A stretch of DNA of 63,256 bases from Octopus bimaculoides (Eukaryota): the NCBI RefSeq assembly GCF_001194135.2, contig NC_068982.1, positions 132,843,037 through 132,906,292 of the forward strand, read 5' to 3'. The translations under genes were made by a program, and so were the position numbers. The notes beneath the pieces were generated by a model. The model saw only the letters and a program-made list of their open reading frames with translations. It had not been told where the DNA came from and did not search any database. Below are positions 50,690 through 62,989 of the stretch, one piece after another. Position 1 is the stretch's first letter; each line of letters opens with the position of its first letter.

Positions 50690-52610
50690 CCACAGTGGCA
50701 ACCTTTCTACTCAATAGGGACATGATGAATTTTGTTCATAAATTTATACATTGTTTCAGTCAAAATTGAGGTGAGCATTTTGTATGAAGTGGAGAAGCAG
50801 GTGATGGGATGATCATTTCTGAGAATATTTGTTTCTGTTGATTTTGGCAAGACATATGTTACAACTTGTACAAACCAATCAGGAGTTTATTCAGAGTTGT
50901 GCAAAATTTCATTATAAAATTTTAGCTGTATATCATGGGAAGTAGTTAGAAAAGATAACTGGAAGCTTGGCACTTTCTAATGACAAGAGATTTCCATTTG
51001 TTGGCTTTTTATAGTGCTAAGACAAGTTCTTCTATAGTTATGTCTTTCCAAGTCTACCTCTCTAAATTATTGACCATTTCTACTATGTTCTTTATCCATT
51101 CCTCATTCTCATTATGGGAATTTTCTGTACTCCATATTGTGTTCCAAAATTCATCAATCTCACGAATTGAAAGAGGTTCCTTTATCTGAATTGTCTGTAT
51201 CTCAATTTCCATGTAAAAACGTCTTTTGCATCTAACATAAACAACTTTTGCCTGTAAAATTTCTTTCATTTACCAAATCTGATTCTTTGAGCTTTCAACT
51301 GTACTTTCTGTTTCAGGGTCTCTTTGGTTGATAGAGAATCATGTTTTGAAGTTGCTTTGTATTTCTTAATCACACTCCATCCTTATCTTGACTTGACAGA
51401 TCTCCCAACACATATTTAATTCAAGATCAATATTTCTCCACTCATCATTTCAATTTTTTCTCAACTTTTATCTTCCTGGGCGGGATTTTTTTGTTTTTTG
51501 TGAGTGTTTTATCCTTTTTTGCCTTTTCATTGACACACATTTCCTTTCTGTTACCATTACTGTGGCATATATAACTTCATTCAGTTCTGATACATCAGGC
51601 TCCATCTTTTCAATTATTGCTTCAACTGCCTGATTTCCAATTCTTATGTGTCTTGGGATTGTTAGGATTGCTTGTCAGCTTTTGCAATGACTCTTTCATT
51701 CATACTATTGTTTTTTTACTTTTCCAAGTTCATTGAGAAATTTCTTGCTGGGGTTAGGGTTACATTTAGGGTTAGGGCTAGGATTAGGGTTAGGGTTCTA
51801 TCCAATCTTAAAGCTCATGAGGGAAAAGTATCTTCATCCATATTGTTAAAATATCTTTCAACTTAAACTTGCTCTGTGATATTTCTGATATTTTCATTTT
51901 TTTTTTTTTTGTGCAATTTCTTCCATTGACAACTTGGTCACTAAGTTTTAAGGTTTCTTTACTGCCATGTATTCATATTCACCCTACCTTTGTGTTTATT
52001 TTCTCAAATCTTTCCAACTTTCCTCTTGATTTCATTTAATTCTGCATCTGTTAGTCATTTGTTTCTAAGAATGTCTCTTCTTATATTTGTAAGTTTGTGT
52101 TCATCCATGTTTGGTCTAATGTCTAGATTTCTTTCTCTCCATACCTTAAAAGAATTTACCATGTATTTTAATTCAGATGTTTTGCCCAATGAGCGATGGA
52201 ATGTATATATCACTTCTTTATATGTTTCTCAGGTCCATTTGTAACATTCAGATCTTTGTCTTCCTAGTGTATCTGAACTTGAAAGGATTCAATTGAGATG
52301 AATCATAATCAGTGACTATTCAAGTCCATATTTGGAGAAGAACTTGTTTTAGATGCAAACTTTTTAACCCCAGGCTGATTCCTCCTTGCAGGATACAGCC
52401 CTTGTCGATTCAATTGACCACTGATCTGGTGTGTGTTTTCGTCTATAGACATTGCGAATTTTTTGTATTTTTTTGTTTAGTTATGCATTTTATCTGTTCC
52501 TATCAAAGGATAATTTTGTTGAAGATACCACATCTAGGACAATTATCAACCAAGACTAGTAAGCTCATCCTGCCCATGAGACACAGCTACTCAACGTATT
52601 CTTGTTGTTG
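50690..52610 (-). mobile_element. Decayed R4/Dong-like LINE (5' ORF to RT start)
   Basis: EFWNTIWSTENSHNENEEWI; TPDW...TYVLPK; PITC.STSYKMLTSIL. Confidence 0.6.
51751..51797 (+). repeat. Interstitial telomere-like (TTAGGG)n
   Basis: GGG TTAGGG TTACAT TTAGGG TTAGGG CTAGGA TTAGGG TTAGGG TT. Confidence 0.85.
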
Positions 52611-52624
52611 CTGTTATTTGCCAA

Positions 52625-55600
52625 ATGTTGATCCAACTGAGGGACCAGCTATCTGAATTGACAGTACCTTGGTAGATAAAACAATGAAGGATATGAAGAC
52701 AGGGAAACCCCTCAGCCCCTCAGGAATCACTGCTGAAATGCTCAAAATATTTGACAGTGTAGGCTATAGTCTAGTCACCCACATAGTTAATCAGGTGATA
52801 CACAAAGGAGTCATACGCAACAACTAGTGTAGCAGCACCATAGTCAACTGCTACAAAGGTAAAGGAAGAGGAATTTCAACCATGTTTCGTGGTTTGCTAC
52901 CACAACAGCTACTTTATAGGATCCAGTTAGCTGACGACATCATCAGGAGGAACCACGTCCGGTTTCGGCCCCTACTCCTCTACCGTTTTGACGTGGCGGG
53001 GCCACCCCCTTTCGGAGGTGTCTTCAGCTCTGGTGTTGGGTGCATGTCTTCTTTCGCTGTTTGTGACTGTTCTAATTCAACTGTGGAATGTCCCTCGCTA
53101 TGGTTATTTTCCAGGAGGTTTTGGCCACACGTCTTACGGTTCATCAACCCGCGTTGTTGAATTACTTTCTTCTGACATACCTTCCCTTGGTGGATTAGGA
53201 TCCAGTTAGCTCAAGACATCATCAGGAGGAACCACGNNNNNNNNNNTTGCTACCACAACAGCTACTTTATAGGATCCAGTTAGCTGACGACATCATCAGG
53301 AGGAACCACGTCCGGTTTCGGCCCCTACTCCTCTACCGTTTTGACGTGGCGGGGCCACCCCCTTTCGGAGGTGTCTTCAGCTCTGGTGTTGGGTGCATGT
53401 CTTCTTTCTTCTATTCCCTGGCCTCTTCGATGCAGCATCAACGAGTGTCAGCGTCCGACTGATCGTCGTGTCAAGTTCCCCTTTTTATATCTGCTGCTAG
53501 GCTCCAGCAGGCAGCCCCAGCTAGTTGTCACGTGACACTGTCTAAATTTCCTGCTGCTAGGGTCCAGTAGGCAGCACCAGCAAGTTGTCACATGACACTG
53601 TCTAAACTTCCTGCTGCTAGGCTCCAGCAAGTTGTCACATGACACTGTCTGAACTTTAACTGACAATGAAGGGCTCGAAGCCACTTCAGTGTCAGCCTGT
53701 CTCACCTAGACTTGTTATGACTTTCAAGCCATACACTTTAGATAGAAATAATTACAGAGGTATCAATCTGCTGGATCAAGTGATAAAAGCTACAGAGAGG
53801 GTTACAGCCCAACTAATTAAGGAGAGAGTTAGTTCAGATGAGATGCCAGGGAAAAGCACTGCTGGTGCCATATTTCTGGTGAGGCAGCTGCAGGAGAAAT
53901 ACTTAGCTAAAGATAAATCTTTGTACTTGGCTATTGTTGTCTTGGAGAAATCCTTTGACAGGGCCCCTGATCCCTTATCTTATGGTCAATGTGGAAACTA
54001 GGGATTGACAAGTGGTTGATGAGAGCTGTACAAACCATGTACAGGGATGTTATCAGTAAGAAGAGGTTTGGCAATGAGTATAGCGAAGAATTCAGGGTAC
54101 AAGTAAGGGTTCACTTCAGTTCCTTCTTCTTCATCATAGTCCTCCAGGCGATAACAGAGGAATTCGAGACAGGTTGCCCCTATGAGCTCCTCTATACTGA
54201 TAACATTGCTCTTATAGCTGAATCACTACCAGAACTAGAGAAAAAGTTTCAGGTGTGGAAGCAACGTCTAGAATTAAAGGGCCTTAGAGTTAACCCAGCA
54301 AAAACCAAAGTCTTAGTAAGTAGGAAGGTGGACAAATCACAAATTCCTTAAGGTAGATGGCTCTGCTCGATCTGTAGAAAAGGCATAAGTAGGAACTCCA
54401 TAAGATATATCTGGTGTAAGTTATGGACACATAAGAGGTGCAACAATATCAGAGGAAAGTTAACAGGAAAGATAGTTTTTGTGTGTTGAAGGGACACAGG
54501 TACAACAAACATCAAAAACGTACAGAAAATAGATTCCATCAAATTCCAGGGGAGAAAACTAGAAGTAGTCGATAGCTTCTTTTACCTAGGCGACCAAATC
54601 AATAGCAAGGGTGAATGCTTTGAGAGCATGCCTGCTAGAATAAGAATAGGGCAAAATTCAGAGAGCTCCTACCTCTCCTGGTAACAAAGTACCTCTCACT
54701 CAGAGTGAAAGGCAGACTGTATGATACCTGTGTGTGAACAGCCATGCTATACAGCAAGGAAACATGGGCTGAGACTGCTAAGGACATGCATAGGCTTGAA
54801 AGAAATGAAGCTAGTATACTCCATTGGATGTGTAATGTCAGTGTGCGTGCACGACAGTGTAAGCACACATGAGAGAAAAGTTGGACATAAGAAGCATCAG
54901 GTGTGGTGTGCAAGAGAGACGACTGCACTGATACGGTCATGTGATGTATATGGATGAGGACAGTTGTGTGAAGAAATGTTGCACTCTAATGATGGGGGGA
55001 ACCTGTGGAAGTGGTATACCCAGGAAGACTTCGGATGAGGCAGTGAATCATAATCTTCGAATGTTGAGCCTCACAGACACAATGACAAATGACCAAGATC
55101 TTTGGCGATATGCCATGCTTGAGAAGACCCAAGTGAAATCATAGTCATAGCTGATGCCAATGTCGTTTAAGTGGCCCATTAAAAGCACCCTTCATTCACT
55201 GGGCAATATGCTGTGCTTGTAAAGACCTGTTGGACTGAATGAAATCATAGTTGTGGCCAATACCAATGCCGTCTGACTGGCACCCATGCCAGTGACATAT
55301 AAAAAGCAACATTCATGCTTTGGGCCTCATGGAGGCAGTGTCAGGTGACCAAGACCCTTGGCAATATACTGTGCTTGTGTTGACCTGTCAAGCTAATTGA
55401 GATCATAATCGTGACTGATACTGGTGTCAGGTCAATGGCACCCTTGCTGGTAGCATGTTAAAAGCACCCGCTACTCTCTCAGAGTGGTTGGCATTAGGAG
55501 AGGCATCCAGTAGTAGAAAACTTGCAAAATCAGATTGGAATCTAGTGCAGCCCCCCCACCCCCCAGCTCACCACTTTTCAGTCAAACTGTCCAATCCATG

Positions 55601-55641
55601 CCAGCATGGAAAACAGACGTTAAGCGATGATGATGATGATG
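52625..55641 (+). mobile_element. RTE LINE 3' half with (GAT)n tail, interrupted at 52866..53736
   Basis: DRNNYRGINLLDQV, FLVRQLQEKYL, ELLYTDNI, PHD-like region, 3' UTR. Confidence 0.88.
52866..53736 (-). mobile_element. Unclassified GC-rich insertion with 60-bp tandem repeats and a TATA-like motif (LTR- or DIRS-like?)
   Basis: Splits the RTE sequence AAAGGTAAAGG|CTTTAGATAG; repeats at 53491..53656; internal direct repeats. Confidence 0.5.
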
Positions 55642-56059
55642 AACAGTATATGCCAAAGTGATGCTGGGGTACAAATATGGAAAAAGCAATATACCCATCA
55701 TGGCTACGCAGCTGATAAGGGTACACCAAACATATGCATCACAACCAATTGTGTGGAACATGGTGACCTCATTTCACAACAGACAGTATTTGGTCTTGCA
55801 GGTGAAGCTCAGTTAGAATTTTCTTCAGATCAATTAGCCCATCCCACTCAAAAGTTCCTGTATAAGGGTGGTCTAAGGATGACAAATAGAAACACCTTTG
55901 TTTCCAGGGGTGAATTATGGTTTTGATGCTCTCCCATTACTCCGCTTGTGATCAGAGATGCACATATTGTCAGCCACTATGGACATGCTCACCTAATTTA
56001 GATCAAACAACTGACAAGCAAATTTGAGGTATTGAGCAGAATATCTGCAGTCGTTATTA

Positions 56060-56061
<2 letters not shown>

Positions 56062-56109
<48 letters not shown>
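56062..56109. repeat. (ATT)n microsatellite
   Basis: Direct reading. Confidence 0.9.
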
Positions 56110-56569
56110 GGAACCCTGCTAATGGATTTCAAAGAGGAAGGGCATGTGTTTGTGAGCTGTAAGTTTTTGTGCAATTTTTACAGATAATATTGTTGTATAT
56201 GAAAATTGTTTACAACATTTCTGTGGCCAGGCCAACTGGGCTCTTGTTGAGCTGAGCAGTTAGGTGGGACTTTTCTGCTTTTAGGGCGAATTTTCAGTTT
56301 AAAATCTCTAATTTGTCATTTTTCGATTTTTAGAATTTGTAAAAATAGCCTTGGAGAAGAGTGTCTGCTCTTCCTTTCTTTTTAACTTCCTCCTTCTGTT
56401 GTTGGAAGACAGCCAAAAAAGTGTAAATATTAATTTTCTCTGCCCACTCCGCGCCTTAAAAGGCAGAGAGAGGGAAGACCAAAGTCTTGCTAGCATGTGC
56501 AACATTGAGGATCAGAAGGAAAAAGAAAAAAATAAATGTAAGAAGAGGAAAAGAGCAAGGAAGTTCAGG

Positions 56570-57650
56570 TAATGGATGCTACTAGAGTCGCAACACCTGT
56601 GAATCCAAGCGCTCCCACTACCACCACTAACTCTAAGACATTGAATACCCAACAACAACAGCAACGCAATGCATTAAACAGCCATGGTTTTGCTTCAATA
56701 GCAAAACCAAGCAATGAATTTATAGATATTCCTGTAGAACCTCTCACAGACTACAGAAACATTTTAAAAAGAAAAAGCGAAAGAAGCGTTTGATAAACAC
56801 ACCACCAAACATGCCATAGTGTACAAATGTATAGAAACTGCCACAAAGCAAGCAGTTGAAAAATGCTTGCAACACATTTGAAAAGACGTAACTTATCTGA
56901 TGAGGAGTAAGAAATATGACACACTTGAAGTTAGATTTGCTACAGAAGGCATAGCAAAACAGCACTCAACAGCTCGACTGAGAAACAGTGAACTTGTTCT
57001 AGTTCCAACATACTTGGGACAGTGTGTCGCCAAGATAAAAATACTGGAGATACCACCAGAAATGAATGCTTGCTGAATTGTCATGGCTGTCCTTCTCAAC
57101 TTGGAGGATAAAATCAGAATCATCCAAGTTGAGAAATAAGGAAAAAACAACTGGACTGGTCAGGAATTTCAAATAATGGTCCAAATAAACCAAGACGTTT
57201 TGAAACAAATTCCTGATCAACTCAGCCTTATAGTTGGCACTATGCTGAACGTCACTGTTGAGGGCAGAAGGCTAAGATGCTATCAATGTGGACAAAATAA
57301 CCACCTGAAAGCCTTCTGCCCATGACTAAATCAGAAGGAGGCCACTACTCCCTTGATACAAGCACCACTCACACCACAACAACTGAAACAACCCCAACTA
57401 CAGAAGCAACACCAACAAGAGAAGAAACCCCAAGAAAAGAAAGCAGAGAGGTCTCCAGCGAAAACACCAACAACAACAACAACTACACGAGAGACAAGAA
57501 TGCCAACAAAAACAGAGGTGCTGACCACAATCACTACCACAGTAGCTACAAAACACCAACAAGACAGATCTTGCCAGAGGAACAAAAATCATCAGCAAAT
57601 TTCAACTTCAGCAAAGGATATAAATATAAATTTGATATTTCTCCACAGAG
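56570..57650 (+). mobile_element. Decayed LINE ORF1 (gag-like, zinc knuckle; L1/Tx1-like)
   Basis: VTVEGRRLRCYQCGQNNHLKAFCP (CX2CX4HX4C) at ~57250..57322, preceded by RRM-like remnants. Confidence 0.65.
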
Positions 57651-57733
57651 CTGATTTCAAGTAGATCTTAAGAGCATATTTGACACTATCATGGAAAACA
57701 TTAGAATAAATATTAAATCAAAATTAAACTCAC

Positions 57734-57745
57734 CTGGCCAGCAGG
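57734..57745 (-). CDS. Cadherin-repeat gene, visible exon 2: 12-nt microexon PAGQ (phase 0-0)
   Basis: tgtttatttgtttcaatttcag|CCTGCTGGCCAG|gtgagt; fits in frame between YSLI and NSKG. Confidence 0.7.
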
Positions 57746-58624
57746 CTGAAATTGAAACAAATAAACATTTATAAGAATAGTGAATAACAGAAATAATACA
57801 AAAGATGTTTTTTAAGATTATAAGATATTTTAAGACAATGAAACTCAGAGGTGTGCATTAAAGGAGTTGGTTTTCAGACAGTTATGAATATTATTTGCTG
57901 CAACATCTTACTTAATAAGACAAAACTAAATCTGTTATTACTTTATAAGGCCTAAATAAAATTGAAAGAAAACTTTGAGAAACCTTCATGACAGCTTTTG
58001 TAACATGTTGTTGCCATAAATTTGACAAGTAACCCAAAAGGTCTAGTTATCAATCAAAAAATTATACTAATAATAATTTCTTATATTGGCAAAATATAAG
58101 TGTTGGATGTAATGGCATGGGATGGTGGAGATGTGTGGTTGGTTAGTGTGCATGAATAATTATATTGTGAGCAAGTAAAATATAGAAGTGAGGAGGTAGC
58201 AGTGGGTGCAAGTGTGAGGGGTAAAAAGAAGGCAGGAGGAATGTGAATAGTTTGTGTAAGGGTATTGGTGTGATATGGTGTTGGTACAGAAGTGAGAGAT
58301 GAAATGAGAAAAAATGGAAAAAGAAAAAGTAACAATTGTACAAGAAAGGAAATTATTTTTCTGCTTCAGTAAGAGAACAAAATTAGTGAGGTACAAGGAA
58401 TGGCAAGAAAAAGTGATAGAAGTGTGTGCATGTGTCTAAATGTAAAGTATAAAGCAATTTTTGATCAATCATTCCAAAAGAAATTGTAATTCATCCCTGT
58501 ATAAAGAGTGGATTCATGATTTTTAAGTTAATCTGATATATGACATGCACTAAACTCTTCACCCTTCAGTCTCTTTTGTGACTTTACAGCTAATTATATG
58601 TGTGCGTAGACACACACACACACA

Positions 58625-58930
58625 CATGAACCATATACATAGATATCATCATCATCATTATTGAAAGTCTGTTTTCCATGCTGGCATGGGTTTGATAGTT
58701 TGACAGGAGCTGACAAGACCAGGAGCTGCACCAGGTTCCATTGTCTATTTTGACATGACTTCTATAGCTGTATGCCCTTCCCAATGCCAACCATATTACA
58801 GAGCATACTGGGTGCTTTTTACATGGTACCAGGACCAGTGCTTTTTACATGGCACTAGCACTGGGTTTTTTTACATGTCACTATCACCAACAGGGTCACC
58901 ATGTACTTTGCAAGCCAAAACCCCTCAGCT
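58625..58930 (-). mobile_element. RTE 3' end fragment
   Basis: (ATC)n followed by TTTTCCATGCTGGCATGGGTT..GGGTGCTTTTTACATG. Confidence 0.75.
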
Positions 58931-59577
58931 GGGAGAAGCAGTATTCATTGGGTGAAGTTTTGTGCCATTTAAGTGATAAAAAGTATAGAGGGACAGAGAT
59001 AGGTGTATCAAAATTTGGCTNNNNNNNNNNTTTAAGTGATAAAAAGTATAGAGGGACAGAGATAGGTGTATCAAAATTTGGCTGAGCAAATTATTCCCAT
59101 TCATTTTTGTAGTTCAAGGCTCCACACAGCAAATGTTCCATTGCTGTTTCTATAACATTATGTAGGTAAAAGCTAAATCTCTTTCAGGATTAAGTTCCAT
59201 TGTATTTAAAATAGCCTGCTAACCAGAAGAGATTAACTCAGAACTGCAGACAACAAACAAAATCATCAGTTTACATCAGTAAATAACGCAACCCATGTCT
59301 CCGTGTCCATGGTAACTATCTACTGTTAAGTAGACTTAAACCATTGAGATCAACTTAGACTAGACACAAGCATGAAGCACTTCTTATGATTACATATCAG
59401 TTATGAAGGCTATGTATCAAGCAGTAACCTATAAACTTGGTCTCAGTAAATTGTATTAAGAATCATCTTGGGAAAGTGAAACTGCCTAGAATACAGATTG
59501 GGTTAATTCAGTTACTTTCATGTTAAAATACATTGAATGACTTGTGGGTTTAAAACAAAAAATAAAAGTTTCCTTAC

Positions 59578-59664
59578 TATCAAAGAATATCTTAGAGTGG
59601 GATTTTCATCAGCATCAGAAGCTGTTATCTCCAAATTTGGTATTGTATGGTTTACCGTAAAATT
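59578..59664 (-). CDS. Cadherin-repeat gene, visible exon 1 (phase 0-0): NFTVNHTIPNLEITASDADENPTLRYSLI
   Basis: ttttgctttttttgcag acceptor, gtaagg donor, 87 nt, A.DAD and YS motifs. Confidence 0.92.
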
Positions 59665-59989
59665 CTGCAAAAAAAGCAAAATATTAAGAAAACATAATTG
59701 AGCAAAAATTTTTTTTTTTTTTTTTCACTAGTTTCCATATTAATTCATTCTATGATAAAGATGACATATTTCAGAAAACAATTCCCTAGTACAAATGCCT
59801 TTGCTATGAAAGCAATACATATATAAACATTAGGTCAAAAAGAAGGTCCTGTAACATTTTTAACACAATCACTTCAGGGTACTTTTTCAATACTTATTGT
59901 TAAATAAACATTAACTTTTATACTTTATACGTTTTCATTCTCTCCTGTCTACTTTTCCAGAGCTAATAGACATTACTTTTCAGCCTGCT

Positions 59990-62916
59990 AAGCCCATGTA
60001 CCTGACACTCCATTTTATTAACACCACTGGACCGCCTGTTTTTTCGTGCCCTCGGCACCTTGCACCTGACCATCTCAAAACGGCTAGGGCAGAGTTTGAG
60101 CACATGCTCCAACTTGGCCTGATACGCCCCTCCACCAGCCCTTGGGCATCTCCCCTTCATTTAGCGCGGAAAAGGGATACTGATTTTCGGTGGGGTGGGG
60201 GCAATGGGCGTCTTAATGCAGTAATCGTTCCTGACCGCTATCCAATCAGAAATCTTCAGGATTTTTCGGCGCATCTTCATGGCTGTACCATTTTTTCAAA
60301 AGTTGACCTTATACGCGCTAATCACCAAATACCGGTTAACCCAGCCGATGTTCTGAAAACTGTTATTACCACCCCTTTTAGGTGCTTCGAGTTTTTATAC
60401 ATGAGTTTCGGTTTGCGGAACGCTACTAGAACGTTCTAGCGTTTTATTGACGAAGTTATCCATTGATTTGATTTTGTGTTCGCTTATGTCGATGATATCC
60501 TCATCGCAAGCGACACACATAGGAATCATCTCCGGCACTTGTCTCGGCTTTTTCAGTGTCTTCGCGACTATGGTGTGCACATTAATCCAGACAAGTGTGT
60601 GTTCGGGCAATCTTCTCTTGATTTTCTCGGCCATCATATTGACTCGAGTGGCATCGAACCTCTCTCGTCTAAAGTCGATGCAATTCAGCGCATCGCACCT
60701 CCTACTTCTTTGCGCTAGCTAAGGCATTATCTAGGGATGGTCAATTTCTATAGACGTTTCGTTCCCGATTGTGCAGATCAGCTACTTCCTCTCACCAAGC
60801 TATTAAAGGACACCCCTAGAAAGGACGGTCAAGTTATCCTCTCCGCTGAGGCACTGACAGCTTTTGAGTCCATCAAGGAGTTAATTTCTGTTCCTTTGCT
60901 TGCACATCCCGTTCCTGGTGCTTCTCTCTCTTTAACTGTAGATGCATCGGACACTGCGATTCGCGCTGTGCTGCAACATGCAGTGGATGATCGTACTCGA
61001 CCTCTGGTTTTCTTTTCTCACCAACAGCAACCAGCTGAGCAACGATACAGCACTTTTGATCGTGAGCTCCTAGTGGTCTATCTATTGGTTCGTCATTTCT
61101 AGCACCAACTCGAAGGTCGAGATTTTGTTATCTATACTGTTCACATGCCTCTTACGTTTGCCCTGTCATCTAAAACGGACAAACTCACTTCTTGCTTTCC
61201 GTCACTTGGATTTTATTTCACAATTTACCAGTAACATTCGTCATATACCTGGGAAAGAGAACGTTCCTGCTGACACTCCAAATGCCAACGGTCCAAGATT
61301 CAACGGCACATTCATGGACACTTTCTTCCTACGAAGGCCCGTTTTCGCCATGTCCACATTGATCTTGTTGGACCATGGCCTGTGAGTCGCGGGTTCTCTT
61401 ATCTTTTAACCTGTGTCAATCGCTTCTCCCATTGGCCAGAAGCCATTCCAATAGCAGATATTTCTGCTGACTCTGTTTGTTGCTCGAGCTTTTGTTTCTA
61501 ACTGGATTTCCGTTTCGGAGTTCCATCCAGATTAACTACTGGTCGTGGACGTCAGTTTGAAGCTTTTTTATTTCGTGAATTGTCACGTATTCTAGGTGTG
61601 CATCACATTCGCACGACCAGTTATCATCCAGGTTCTAACGGATTAGTTGAACGGTTCCATAGACAGCTCAAGGCCGCTCTACGTGCCTCTTCATATCCAC
61701 AGTCTTGGACTGAATTTCTGCCAATTGTGCTTCTTGGTTGTCAAGGCAGACCTGGGTTTTTCTTCTGCAGAGCTACTGTATGGTACCACACTGGCTTGGT
61801 ACGGTGTTGGTGCCAGACACTTCACAGCCCCATGATCCGGCGTCTTGTGTCGCCAGACTTCGCACTTGTTTTTCAAATCTTCCGCCCATGGTTTCCCGGG
61901 AACAATCTCCACCCTCTCATGTCCCACCAGATATGGACTCTTGGTCGCATGTTTTTGTTTGAGACGACTCTGTCGAGGGACCTCTTGTTTCTCCTTATAA
62001 AGGACCTTTATATGTGCTTTCTTGCACACCCAAAGTTTTTACCATCGAGATGAATGGTTGTACGGAGACCGTTTCTGTGGACCGACTAAAAAATGCATAT
62101 TTTGAGGTGTCTACATCTTTCGATGACACCGCTGCCACACCCACCTATGCACCTTTGACAACACCACCTACACAGGCACCTTTGCCACTACCAACGTCAA
62201 TGTCACCTTCGTCGTCGAAAAGTGCCTCGAGCAAACCTTGTGTTACCAGGTCAAGCAAAACTGTTCACTGGTCCAAGAAACTTTCAAAAACAATTTACAT
62301 TTGACGTTCTCTTTTCTCTCCTGGTCCATTTCATGTTTTACTCTTGGACGTTTAAAAAAAAAAGACTTTTGTGCCTGTTTATTTCTTTTTGCATTAATAT
62401 TTATTTGAGTTGTCATATTGTGTACCACATCTGGGTGATCGGTAACCATCTTGTTTTCTGGAGCCACTACAATCTTCTGTTTCGTGCTTCTGCACTCGAG
62501 GGGGAGCTTTGTAGTGACGGCATCTTAGAAATCTCCAGCACGGATGTGCAGGGTTGGAATCTTCTGGAAGGCCTGCCAGAAGTTCCCTCATGCGCAGAAA
62601 ACTAGCAGCAGCGAAATTTTCCTATATCTCTCTTTTTGACGCTAGCAGCTGAACGATACAGACGTGTCTCCAGCAGCTCTATCGAGTTGCTACGTCGTGG
62701 CGCATCCCCGGTATGCATGAACGGGCAGGATTGACTCACTCCACTAGACCACTGCCTATTCGCCCAGAGGAAGGAAATGTTTTGTATTACGAATCAAAGA
62801 AAAAATATTTATACTGTTGAAGTTAACGGAAAATCTTGAATCTCTCTTCAATTAATATTTAATGTAAAGGATGCAAACAGCACCCATCCAATGCGGGAAT
62901 CTCTCATCCTGTTACA
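59990..62916 (+). mobile_element. Ty3/Gypsy LTR retrotransposon, 5'-truncated (RT, RNase H, integrase, 3' LTR)
   Basis: [57 protein letters not shown]; frameshifted. Confidence 0.93.
62510..62916 (+). repeat. Putative 3' LTR (407 bp)
   Basis: PPT GAGGGGGAG immediately upstream; TGTA...TACA termini. Confidence 0.75.
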
Positions 62917-62989
62917 GGAGTATTTCAGGACACTAAATAATTATCAGTTTATTATTCTCTTAAACCAATTAAAAGGATTTTATTTCTTT

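Noticed and set aside
52935-52975. Minus-strand GAAACCGG and CTGATGA close together
   Set aside because: The order would require a type II fold, but U16.1 is A and stems I and II pair poorly.
57322-57654. Mucin-like Thr/Glu/Pro-rich ORF
   Set aside because: Low-complexity tail of the LINE ORF1 remnant; no splice support as a host exon.
58971-59082. ~50-bp tandem duplication
   Set aside because: Identical copies around a 10-N gap; assembly artefact.
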